Numbered from the stretch's first letter, positions 48,906 through 58,133 are shown. The stretch: DNA of 64,000 bases from Bacteroidia bacterium (GCA_039931675.1 JBDTRM010000260.1:10620-74619), one strand, 5' to 3'. Made by a program: numbers and translations. Notes: a model not told the origin generated them from the letters alone.

Positions 48906-50582
48906 TCACCCCAGATACTTAGCCACAATAGGCATTCTGCGGCCAAGACCAAAAGCGTGTGGTGATACACGTAAAATAGGTGCAAACTGGTATCGTTTAA
49001 ATTCATTGTTGTTTACTAATCGCAAAACTCGTTTTACAAGAGCCTCATCAATCCCCAAACTGATAATATCATTTATGCTTTTTCGGTTTTCGATATACTG
49101 AAATAAAATATTGTCGAGCACTTCATAAGCGGGTAATGAATCAGAATCTTTTTGCCCGGGGCGCAGTTCTGCTGATGGTGCTTTGGTAATTATGTTGGCA
49201 GGAATAATTTCTTTATTGCGATTAATATAATGCGCCAATTCATATACATCGGTTTTGTACAGATCGCCTATTACAGATAATCCACCGCACATATCACCGT
49301 ACAAAGTTCCGTAGCCTACGGCTAATTCACTTTTGTTGGATGTGTTGAGGAGGATGTGACCAAATTTATTGGCTAACGTCATGAGTAAACTACCGCGTAT
49401 GCGCGCCTGCAGATTTTCTTCAGCAACATTAAAAGGTAAACCTTTAAAAAGCGGATTCAATTCATTTTCGAAACTTTGAAAAATATCTGCAACAGGTATT
49501 TTGTAAAATGTAGTGCCAAGATTTGTAATCATTCGTTCAGAATCCATAACAGAATGTTCAGATGAAAACTGCGAAGGCATCATCACAGGGAACACATTTT
49601 CTTTTCTAAGTGCTTCCACAGTTAGCGCATAAACCACAGCGGAGTCAATACCTCCACTCATGCCTAACGCTGCGGTTTTAAAATTCATTTTTGTAAAAAA
49701 ATCTTTGATACCGAGAAGCAAAGCAGAATGAATGCGTTCTGGCTTTGTTGTTTGTGCACTTCGACTTCTCCCGATAGCTATCGGGACAGTGTGACCCAAA
49801 TTTCGAATTTCGAATTTCGAATTTCCAACTTCAAAGTCCACCACCCTAACCTCTTCTTCAAAATAATTTAATTCTTCAACTATACTTCCATCTTTATCCA
49901 ACACCATTGAACCGCCATCAAAAATAATATCAGTTTGTGCGCCTACCTGGTGTATGTAAAAAATGGGTAGATGATATTTCAGCGCATTTTTTTTCAGTGT
50001 GTCTTTCCTTATTTCTGCATGTACGTAACTGAATGGCGATGCTGCTATGTTTACAATAAAATCAGGATGCTCATTCACCAAATCATCCATCGGACAATAA
50101 GTGTATAATGGATCATCTTCAAGATTCCATAAATCTTCGCATATAGTGAGTGCTATTTTTTTTCCTGCACAGGTGATACATTCAAAACTTTTCGCAGGTT
50201 CAAAATAACGGTACTCATCAAACACATCATAAGTGGGGAGCAATGCTTTATGTGTTACCGATTTAATTTTTCCATCTTCAAGAAAATAAGCAGAATTGTA
50301 TAAATTCTTTCCATCCATAACAGGGTTTATAGTGGGAGAGCCTACAATGGCTGCAATACCTTTACATGCCAATGCAATTTCATCTATCGCTTTTAGACAT
50401 TTATAAATAAAATCATCAAACTCTAAAAAATCAAGTGGGGGATATCCGCACACGCTTAACTCTCCAAACACAATTAAATCAACCTTTTGTGCTTTAGCAT
50501 CATTAATGGCATTGATAATTTTCTTCGTGTTGTATTCGAAGTTACCGATGTGATAGTTAAGTTGTGCAAGTGCTATACGCAT
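48906..50582 (-). CDS. nadE: Glutamine-dependent NAD+ synthetase
   Basis: Nitrilase domain (ELSVCGYPP, ICEDLW) plus synthetase domain (SGGIDS, ENLQARIR, NKSE, PSAELRP); start at MRIALAQ. Confidence 0.97.
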   Translation of the reverse strand: MRIALAQLNYHIGNFEYNTKKIINAINDAKAQKVDLIVFGELSVCGYPPLDFLEFDDFIYKCLKAIDEIALACKGIAAIVGSPTINPVMDGKNLYNSAYFLEDGKIKSVTHKALLPTYDVFDEYRYFEPAKSFECITCAGKKIALTICEDLWNLEDDPLYTYCPMDDLVNEHPDFIVNIAASPFSYVHAEIRKDTLKKNALKYHLPIFYIHQVGAQTDIIFDGGSMVLDKDGSIVEELNYFEEEVRVVDFEVGNSKFEIRNLGHTVPIAIGRSRSAQTTKPERIHSALLLGIKDFFTKMNFKTAALGMSGGIDSAVVYALTVEALRKENVFPVMMPSQFSSEHSVMDSERMITNLGTTFYKIPVADIFQSFENELNPLFKGLPFNVAEENLQARIRGSLLMTLANKFGHILLNTSNKSELAVGYGTLYGDMCGGLSVIGDLYKTDVYELAHYINRNKEIIPANIITKAPSAELRPGQKDSDSLPAYEVLDNILFQYIENRKSINDIISLGIDEALVKRVLRLVNNNEFKRYQFAPILRVSPHAFGLGRRMPIVAKYLG

Positions 50583-50584
50583 GT

Positions 50585-50665
50585 GGGGATTGGGTAATTG
50601 AGGTAATTCGGAAATTGGGTTACTCGTTATTGGATGATTCGTCATTGCGAGGAACGAAGCAATCT
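50585..50665. repeat. 8-bp periodic repeats plus the GTCATTGCGAGGAACGAAGCAATCT element upstream of nadE
   Basis: GGATTGGG TAATTGAG GTAATTCG GAAATTGG...; element at 50641-50665. Confidence 0.75.
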
Positions 50666-50744
50666 GTTGATGTATAAAACTGATTTAAAGATTTGGTGAT
50701 TTTTTATTCTTAATTCAATTCATCGGACAAATAACAATAAAAAA

Positions 50745-50779
50745 ACAAATCCGCAGAAAAAATATTTCTGCGGATTTGT
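50745..50779 (-). terminator. Rho-independent terminator after the porT-like gene
   Basis: ACAAATCCGCAGAAA-loop-TTTCTGCGGATTTGT with an A-run on its left (U-tail on minus). Confidence 0.8.
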
Positions 50780-50801
50780 GAATCGAATGTTTTTATGAAT
50801 A

Positions 50802-51389
50802 TTAAAACAAAATTCCAATCTCTAATTCAACAGAATTGTTTTTAACGCTAATGTCGCTTGATTTAAAAGCATCAATAAATCCATTATTCCAAACCAATCC
50901 TGCAAAGATCATGGTCTGATCTGAAATTTCATATTCAGCTCCGCCACCTATTTTCAAAGCCAGGTAAAAATCATTTACGCCACCAGGTACTTCATCTCCT
51001 TTGGTGCCAAGGCTCCAGCCCGGTGATAAACCAAACTTTGCATAAAAAAGTTTTTTATCCATTTCTTTGGTATGCATTTTTATGGTTATTGGTACTTCAA
51101 GATATTGTAAGTTGTAATTATACTTAGTATCAGCATACTTAAGATTACCACCACGGTATGAAAAATCAATTCCCGAGCAAAAAGAATACCTGCTTCCAAA
51201 GAAATATTCGGCAACTAATCCATACGAAAAACCTACTTTCGCCCCCCCGCTTTTAACTCCATCGGTTGTTGAAGTCAGCCATTTAACTGAAGGTGTGGCA
51301 TGTAAGCCAAACTTCCATTGAGATTCAGGTTGACTGTAAGATGAAAAAGTAGTTAGCGCAATAATTAATAACAGAAATAGTTTTTTCAT
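50802..51389 (-). CDS. Outer-membrane beta-barrel protein (PorT-like/porin family)
   Basis: Signal peptide, YLEVPITIK, terminal ELEIGILF. Confidence 0.8.
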   Translation of the reverse strand: MKKLFLLLIIALTTFSSYSQPESQWKFGLHATPSVKWLTSTTDGVKSGGAKVGFSYGLVAEYFFGSRYSFCSGIDFSYRGGNLKYADTKYNYNLQYLEVPITIKMHTKEMDKKLFYAKFGLSPGWSLGTKGDEVPGGVNDFYLALKIGGGAEYEISDQTMIFAGLVWNNGFIDAFKSSDISVKNNSVELEIGILF

Positions 51390-51417
51390 AATTAAGTGTC
51401 GTTTTTATTTTGATGCA

Positions 51418-52470
51418 ATGTTAAATAATATTTTCCAAAAACAATTTTTAGCTATAACTGTGTTTCTTTTTTTTGTGCTGTGCATAACATCATGCACGCA
51501 TCAAAACAAAACCGATGAAAAGAAACACATTGATGTTAGTGAAGTTCCATTAAAATTAAATTTTGATCGCTTTGATAATGACTTGATGAGTCCCGATTCG
51601 CTCAATGAAAAAAATGTGCCAGCACTGAAAAGAAAATACGGATCCTTCTTTACCATATTTTGTCGTAAGATATGTCCCATACCGGTACACATGACCAGTG
51701 ATACAGCAATTGCACGACAGCTTAACTTTTTCAAGTTCGATAAAGACATAAAAGAAATTTATTCGAGCATTGATACAATGTATAAAGATGATCACCTGCT
51801 ACAGCAGCAGTTAACAGAAGTTTTTAAACATTATCATCATTATTATCCTGACAGCATTATACCACATGTAGTTACTTTTTTTTCTGCTTTTAATTATGCC
51901 ACTATTACAACAGATAGTATATTGGGTATAGGTCTTGATTTTTATCTCGGCAGCGACTGCCCTTTTTATACGGGCACTAATTTTCCCACTTATTTAACGA
52001 AGCGTTTACGGGGTGAATATATTGTGCCCAATTGTGTACAAGGCTGGTATCAAAAGTCAAATGATATCAATAAAGTAAAAAATGATTTGTTGTCGCAGAT
52101 GGTTTATTATGGCAAGATGATGTATTACACAGACCTGATGATGCCTGATGCACCTGATAGTATAAAGTTAGGCTATAGTGATATGCAGGTGAAATGGTGT
52201 GCCGGTAACGAAGCCAATATGTGGGCTGCATTAATCGAACAAAATTTATTGTACTCCACTAACATGCGTCAATACATGAAATTCATTAGTGACGGACCTA
52301 CTACGCAAGGCTTCCCGAAAGAATCACCTTCGCGTATCGGTTACTATGTTGGCTGGCAAATTGTAAAAGCCTACATGGAAAAGCATCCTGAAATAACACT
52401 TGCGCAATTATGCAAAGAAGAAGATGCACAAAAAATATTAAATGAATCGAAGTATAAACCGAATAAATGA
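51418..52470 (+). CDS. gldB: Gliding motility lipoprotein GldB
   Basis: Lipobox ITSC, IGLDFYLG, MVYYGK, SPSRIGYYVGWQIVKAYM, SKYKP. Confidence 0.9.
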   Translation: MLNNIFQKQFLAITVFLFFVLCITSCTHQNKTDEKKHIDVSEVPLKLNFDRFDNDLMSPDSLNEKNVPALKRKYGSFFTIFCRKICPIPVHMTSDTAIARQLNFFKFDKDIKEIYSSIDTMYKDDHLLQQQLTEVFKHYHHYYPDSIIPHVVTFFSAFNYATITTDSILGIGLDFYLGSDCPFYTGTNFPTYLTKRLRGEYIVPNCVQGWYQKSNDINKVKNDLLSQMVYYGKMMYYTDLMMPDAPDSIKLGYSDMQVKWCAGNEANMWAALIEQNLLYSTNMRQYMKFISDGPTTQGFPKESPSRIGYYVGWQIVKAYMEKHPEITLAQLCKEEDAQKILNESKYKPNK

Positions 52471-52502
52471 TTTACGATTTTTGATTTACAATTTACGATT
52501 TG
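52469..52502. repeat. GATTTAC heptamer array overlapping the gldB stop
   Basis: TGATTTACGATTTTTGATTTACAATTTACGATTTG. Confidence 0.8.
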
Positions 52503-52622
52503 CGTGAGCATTAAAAGTATCTGATCCATCATCTTCAAAAATATACTTGCTTCAATTGAAAAGTGACTGGAATAAAAAAAATAATCGGTGTAATCATATT
52601 TAATCATTGAAATCCTTTATAA

Positions 52623-52952
52623 ATGAAACAAACAGAAATAAAATTCAACATTACATTAGATGAGCAAAGTCATCCTGAAAAAATTGAATGGATGGCCACA
52701 GACTCAGGCGTGGAAGGTCTGAAAGAAGCAAAGGCATTTATGCTTTCGGTATGGGATGCAAAAGACCCCGGCACACTGCGCATTGATTTATGGAATAAAG
52801 ATATGATGGTGGAAGAAATGAAACGTTTTGTTTACGATACCATGCAAAGCCTTGCATCTACTTATGCCAATGCAACCAACGATGAAGCAATAGCAAAAGA
52901 GATTCGTGATTTCAGTATTTCGATTGGAAAGAAAACGGGAGTGATTGGGTAA
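52623..52952 (+). CDS. gldC: Gliding motility protein GldC
   Basis: EIKFNITLDE..PEKIEW.A, AKAFMLSVWD, TLRIDLW.KDM.VEEMKRF. Confidence 0.93.
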   Translation: MKQTEIKFNITLDEQSHPEKIEWMATDSGVEGLKEAKAFMLSVWDAKDPGTLRIDLWNKDMMVEEMKRFVYDTMQSLASTYANATNDEAIAKEIRDFSISIGKKTGVIG

Positions 52953-52989
52953 GGTAGAGCTATCGAGTTTGGGGTTACACTGTAGCAAT

Positions 52990-55560
52990 CTACTGCACCA
53001 TAACCTTCCCCCGATAAACTTTACCTCCATTAATTACTTCAACAAGGTAAGGCCCTTTTGCTGCACTTTCCATATTTACATCAACCACATTTTGCCCTTT
53101 GCTTCTTGCTTCTTGCCTCTTGCTTATTGTCTGACCAAGTGGATTAGTGATGTGAAGTGAAAAATCTTTGGTAATGGATAAGGTTAGGATAATTGTAAAA
53201 TTTCCATCATTAGGATTAGGCACAATTGCCATTTGCCCCTTGCCTCTTGCCTCTTCGTTTATTCCCATAATTACAATTGTATTACTCGCGCCTTCGCAGC
53301 CGGTGGTATCTGTAACGATAACATAGTAGCTGCCGCCATGTGTTGGTATGTAGTAATAGTTATTGGCTCCTGCTATGATGCCGCTATCAACACTCCACCA
53401 TTGATAAGCAACACCGGGCGATGAAAACAAAGTATCGTTTGATTGCGTAATGGTTGGTGTTGGTGCAGGGTACTCATTAATAAAACCCGGCAGCACCAGC
53501 GTATCACAACCCGCAGCATTGCAGGCTATAAGCGTTACATCAAAGCTGCCGTAATTGTTGTAACAAATGTTGGTAGGATATTGCAGAGGGCTTGTTGCAC
53601 TATCTGCACCCGGGAAAAACCATTGCCATGAGGTGGGGTTGTTGGTGGAGAGATCGAAAAAGTCGAGGCAATGCTTTTCGCAGAAGGAGGTGTCGGTGCT
53701 CATTAAATTTATGGAAGGTATAACTGCAGTTATTGAAACTGTATCAGAAATTCCTGCACAACCAGTACTATCTGTAACTATTACAAAGTAATCACCAACT
53801 TGAGATGGAATAAAATAATTGTTTGTGGCTCCGGTAATAAGACCATTTGTTACACTCCACCATTGATATGTGACCGCAAGAGATGAAAACAAAGTATCAA
53901 ATGATGTAAAGATAACAGGTGAAGGCAAAGGATACGCATTAATGAAATTTGTAAGTACTAAAGTATCACAACCCGCAGCATTGCAGGCTATAAGCGTTAC
54001 ATCAAAGCTGCCGTATTGATTGTAGCAAATGTTGGTTGGGTTTTGCAGTGTGCTTGTTGTACTATCAGCACCTGGAAAAGACCATTGCCACGAGGTTGGG
54101 TTGTTGGTGCTTAAATCGAAGAAATCAAGGCAATGCTTTTCGCAGAAGGAGGTGTCGGAGCATGATAAATAAATTGTAGGCAAAGTTACTTGTATTGTAT
54201 CCCAAAACTTAATTATCCAGTAATCATCTGCTCCTTGTGCGGGCTGTGTTTTGTCACCTCCTATTCCCCCATACGTAAAATTAGCTATTGCATAGCCTCC
54301 GTCATTTGTCTGAATTGCCAAACCAATTTCTTCATGTCCTAAGGTTAAGGTTGTTTTGTCCCACTGTTTATTCCCAATTGAGTCGGTTTTAATTACCCAT
54401 GTTTGTTCCGTTCCTAAATTGTTTTCTGTTTTGTCACCACTAATCGGAGAATAAGAAGTTCCGGCAATCAAATAACCTCCGTCAGAAGTTTGCGAGATAT
54501 TTCCAAATTCATCCTCATTTGCATTTCCTCCATAATCCTTATCCCATTGCTTATTCCCAAATGAATCAACTTTTACAATCCAATAATCTGTAGCTCCCCC
54601 CCATAAAGGTTGTGTTTTATCACCTCCTATACCTGAATATGATGCCCCTCCTAAAATATACCCTCCATCTGTAGTTTGTTTCAATGAAATAAGGACATCG
54701 TTATCAACTCCCCCATAACATTTGTCCCATTGCTTGTTTCCAATAGAATCAATCTTTACTATCCAATAATCGCTATAACCGTTCCAAGCAGGTTGCGTTT
54801 TATCTCCACTAATCGGAGACGATGATTTCCCGCCTAAAATATATCCTCCATCGGTGGTTTGTTGTAACGAATAAAGCCAATCAGCGCTCGATCCACCATA
54901 TCTTTTATCCCATTGTTTAATTCCAATAGAATCAACTTTTATTATCCAGAAATCAGCGTTCCCCCATGAGGGTTGGCTTTTATCACCGTTATTTCCTGAG
55001 TATGACCAACCTCCTAAAATAAATCCTCCATCAGTAGTTTCTTTTATACACTGAAGTGCATCATTATCTGTTCCTCCGTAATCTTTATCCCATTGTTTAT
55101 TGCCTTGGGAATCAATTTTTATTATCCAGAAATCATTTGATCCCCATGAAAGTTGTGTTTTATTTCCTGTTATATTGGAAGCGGACCATCCTCCTAAAAT
55201 ATATCCTCCATCAACAGTTTGTTGCAATGACGACATAAAATCTCCCGCATTCCCACCAAATCTTCTGTCCCATTGCTTAATGCCAAGGGAATCAATTTTT
55301 ACTACCCAGTAATCAGAGATCCCCCAGCTTCCCTGTGATTTATCACCACCCTTTTTTGAATCGGAATACCCTCCTAAAATATATCCCAAGTCTGTTGTTT
55401 GTTGAAATGATCGAAGGTATTCAGTGCTCGTCCCTCCAAACCTTTTATCCCACTGCTTCACCAACGGATTCTGCGCACGCAGCACCCCGCAACTCATCCC
55501 AAACAAAAACAGGAGACCAATCACTTTTAACCTTTGCCGTATAGGTAGATGCAATTTCAT
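52990..55560 (-). CDS. T9SS cargo: GDK-repeat beta-propeller plus two PKD/Ig-like modules and CTD (paralog of 45058-48504)
   Basis: QQTTDGGYILGG...GDKTQ...DYWIVKID repeats; start at MKLHLP. Confidence 0.85.
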   Translation of the reverse strand: MKLHLPIRQRLKVIGLLFLFGMSCGVLRAQNPLVKQWDKRFGGTSTEYLRSFQQTTDLGYILGGYSDSKKGGDKSQGSWGISDYWVVKIDSLGIKQWDRRFGGNAGDFMSSLQQTVDGGYILGGWSASNITGNKTQLSWGSNDFWIIKIDSQGNKQWDKDYGGTDNDALQCIKETTDGGFILGGWSYSGNNGDKSQPSWGNADFWIIKVDSIGIKQWDKRYGGSSADWLYSLQQTTDGGYILGGKSSSPISGDKTQPAWNGYSDYWIVKIDSIGNKQWDKCYGGVDNDVLISLKQTTDGGYILGGASYSGIGGDKTQPLWGGATDYWIVKVDSFGNKQWDKDYGGNANEDEFGNISQTSDGGYLIAGTSYSPISGDKTENNLGTEQTWVIKTDSIGNKQWDKTTLTLGHEEIGLAIQTNDGGYAIANFTYGGIGGDKTQPAQGADDYWIIKFWDTIQVTLPTIYLSCSDTSFCEKHCLDFFDLSTNNPTSWQWSFPGADSTTSTLQNPTNICYNQYGSFDVTLIACNAAGCDTLVLTNFINAYPLPSPVIFTSFDTLFSSLAVTYQWWSVTNGLITGATNNYFIPSQVGDYFVIVTDSTGCAGISDTVSITAVIPSINLMSTDTSFCEKHCLDFFDLSTNNPTSWQWFFPGADSATSPLQYPTNICYNNYGSFDVTLIACNAAGCDTLVLPGFINEYPAPTPTITQSNDTLFSSPGVAYQWWSVDSGIIAGANNYYYIPTHGGSYYVIVTDTTGCEGASNTIVIMGINEEARGKGQMAIVPNPNDGNFTIILTLSITKDFSLHITNPLGQTISKRQEARSKGQNVVDVNMESAAKGPYLVEVINGGKVYRGKVMVQ

Positions 55561-55605
55561 GGGTTGTTCTTTATGGTGTGAATCTAATAAAAAAAGCCCT
55601 TGTCG

Positions 55606-55796
55606 GTTAAACTTCAACAAAGTGAAAAAACTTTGTCGAAGTTATATGCGGACGAAAACTTTGCTGAAGTTCCTTCACTTCGGCAAAGTTGCTTTGGAAG
55701 ACTACCGTTAAACTTCAACAAAGTGAAAAAACTTTGTCGAAGTTATATGCGGACGAAAACTTTGCTGAAGTTCCTTCACTTCGGCAAAGTTGCTTT
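55606..55796. repeat. Exact duplication of a 90-bp double-hairpin unit (101-bp period)
   Basis: 55606-55695 is identical to 55707-55796. Confidence 0.92.
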
Positions 55797-55850
55797 ATAA
55801 GTCTGAATGTCATTATATTGATGATTTTCTGCCATAATGTGTGCTTTTTA

Positions 55851-56186
55851 ACAAATGAGGGGCATTTCCCTTGACCGGAAACCCCCTCCGTGGTCACGGA
55901 AGGGTGTTTTCCTTAACCGGAATGCCTCTCCATTGTCACGGAAGAGAGTTTTCCTTTACGGAAATGCTTCTCCATTGTCACGGAAGTGAGTTTTCCTTTA
56001 CGGGAATGCCTCTCCGTTGTCACGGAAGTGAGTTTTCCTTTACGGGAATGCCTCTCCATTGTCACGGAAGAGAGTTTTCCTTTACGGGAATGCCTCTCCG
56101 TTGTCACGGAAGAGAGCTTTCCCTTACAGAGATGCTTCTCCGTTGTCAAGGAACGGAGTTTTCCTTTGCAGAAATGCCTCTCCTAA
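55851..56186. repeat. 42-bp tandem array (7 units plus 1 degenerate unit)
   Basis: GTCACGGAAGWGAGTTTTCCTTTACGGGAATGCCTCTCCRTT units start at 55893, 55935, 55977, 56019, 56061, 56103 and 56145. Confidence 0.95.
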
Positions 56187-56573
56187 GTAAAGCGATAAAG
56201 ATTTTTTAAAAATTATTAAGCTGCTCATCATTAAGATAAGCGGGGTGGAGAGCTTAATTTCTGTGCGATTCAAAATTCAGAAGTGTGTGCTATATTATAA
56301 AGCACCTTCTGTGGGGGTGTGAGGGAGAGTCGTTTCTTTCTTATTTCATAAATGTTAAAGTGGGGGAGATTTTAATTGTCAGGATTTTTTTAAATAAAGT
56401 GTAAGCAATTGTAATTTTTAACTTGATAAATATTCTTAGTAATCGGAGTGTTTTTTCGAGCGGGCTAATGTAGATACGTTTTTATAATCTCCAAATTCTG
56501 AATTAAAATTTCGGCCGGGGAGGCTGAGGTAACATGAGTTGGGGATAAGACTTATACATGAAACGGGTTTGAA

Positions 56574-57182
56574 TCACTTCTTCAAACTAAATAGCTTATT
56601 CGATTTTTCAATAAAGTGAAGCACTTCATCGCGGCCTGTTTGTTTCTCGGCTGAGGTTACGAAGCATGGCGGCAGTTCTTCCCAGCTTTCGAGTACTGCT
56701 TTTTTAAATTTTTCCACTGATGCACGGGTCTTGTTAACTGTTTGCTTATCGGCTTTGGTAAAGGCTAACGCTATAGGTACACCTTGCCCGCCTAACCAGT
56801 TAATAAATGTCAAATCATTTTCCTGCGGATCAATGCGCGTATCTATTAAAATAAAAACGCACATCAGGTTATCGCGCGTGAGCAAATAGTTGCGAATCAT
56901 TTTTTCCCATGTGGCCGTAATTGTTTTTGGCACACGAGCAAAACCATAACCGGGTAAATCAACTATCCAGAAATTTTCATTTACTTCAAAATGATTAATC
57001 AGTTGTGTCTTGCCCGGTGTGGATGATGTTTTGGCAAGCTTATTCTGGTTAACCAGCATATTAATCAATGATGACTTGCCCACATTACTGCGACCTATAA
57101 AAGCGTACTCAGGCTTTATGGGTTTGGGACATTGCTCTGCTTTTTCAGAACTCTTAATAAAGGTGGCAGTCTTAATAATCAT
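56574..57182 (-). CDS. yihA: Ribosome biogenesis GTPase YihA/YsxC (EngB)
   Basis: GRSNVGKSS, PGKTQLIN, DLPGYG, TKADK, TSA. Confidence 0.96.
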   Translation of the reverse strand: MIIKTATFIKSSEKAEQCPKPIKPEYAFIGRSNVGKSSLINMLVNQNKLAKTSSTPGKTQLINHFEVNENFWIVDLPGYGFARVPKTITATWEKMIRNYLLTRDNLMCVFILIDTRIDPQENDLTFINWLGGQGVPIALAFTKADKQTVNKTRASVEKFKKAVLESWEELPPCFVTSAEKQTGRDEVLHFIEKSNKLFSLKK

Positions 57183-57281
57183 GGTTTTAATTTTATGCAA
57201 AACTATTTTTTTAATTGGAAGGGGAGTGAAAGTGAAACTGAAGGTGTTCGATAAGTGAACTAATCAGTCACCGCGCAATTT

Positions 57282-57498
57282 GGCATCCTGAAAGGAACCT
57301 CTGTGAAAATGAACGCATGTTTGTATTTGTCCCGATTTGGTCGGGATTGGTTGTTTGAAACCGCTTTTCATTTAAATTCGAAAGTCTAATAATCTCCTTT
57401 CAATCTAACAATATTGCGTAATCAGGGAATTCGTTTTCAAACACAGAAGTTCCTTTCAGGATGACAGTCGCGGGTAGCAAGGTTCCTTTCAGGATGAC
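57282..57498. mobile_element. MITE/REPIN-like element with 22-bp inverted ends
   Basis: CATCCTGAAAGGAACCTCTGTG (57284-57305) against CACAGAAGTTCCTTTCAGGATG (57442-57463), 21/22; extra end copy at 57481-57498. Confidence 0.6.
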
Positions 57499-57509
57499 AA
57501 TGTCTCAAG

Positions 57510-58133
57510 TTATTTAAAATCCTCCACATTCAAAGTAGCTTTACAAACAGCAGTTTCATCTTTTGTATTGTTGGAGCAGATGATGCAAATACGGTTTTGC
57601 AGATATTTTACGGTGAGATCGGCATACCATTGAAAGCCTTTGCTGTCGAGGTTTGCGAGAGGCTCATCTAAAAGCAATATGGGAGTATCAGCCAACACGG
57701 CTAATGATAATTTAAGCCGCTGTTTCATACCCGAAGAAAAAAATTTAACTTGTTTGTTTTCTGAACCTTCGAGAAAAGCAATGTGTACTAATTCTCTAAT
57801 AGAAATATTTTCTTTCAGTTTTTTAAATTGTGTGAAGAAGGAAATATTTTCCATCAACGTAAAATCATCAATCAAATCTAAATAAGGCGCAGCATAAGAA
57901 ATGTAATGAAAAATATTTTCCTGCTCAATTGTTTTTCCATTAATAACATAATTAACAACACCTTCTGTAGGCACTGTATAACCTGAAATGATTTTCAATA
58001 AAGTTGATTTGCCCGAACCGTTAAATCCAGTAATTGCCATCGGATCTCCGGCATTGATCTGCACATTGATATTTTTAAAAAGCCAATGCCCGGTGTATTT
58101 TTTGGAGATGTTATTTAGAGAGATGGAGTTCAT
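57510..58133 (-). CDS. ABC transporter ATP-binding protein
   Basis: GFNGSGKST, FSSGMKQR, LLLDEP; start at MNSISL. Confidence 0.9.
   Translation of the reverse strand: MNSISLNNISKKYTGHWLFKNINVQINAGDPMAITGFNGSGKSTLLKIISGYTVPTEGVVNYVINGKTIEQENIFHYISYAAPYLDLIDDFTLMENISFFTQFKKLKENISIRELVHIAFLEGSENKQVKFFSSGMKQRLKLSLAVLADTPILLLDEPLANLDSKGFQWYADLTVKYLQNRICIICSNNTKDETAVCKATLNVEDFK

Noticed and set aside
55606-56186. CRISPR or other spacer-containing guide array
   Set aside because: The units are tandem with no unique spacers, and there is no cas or effector gene nearby.
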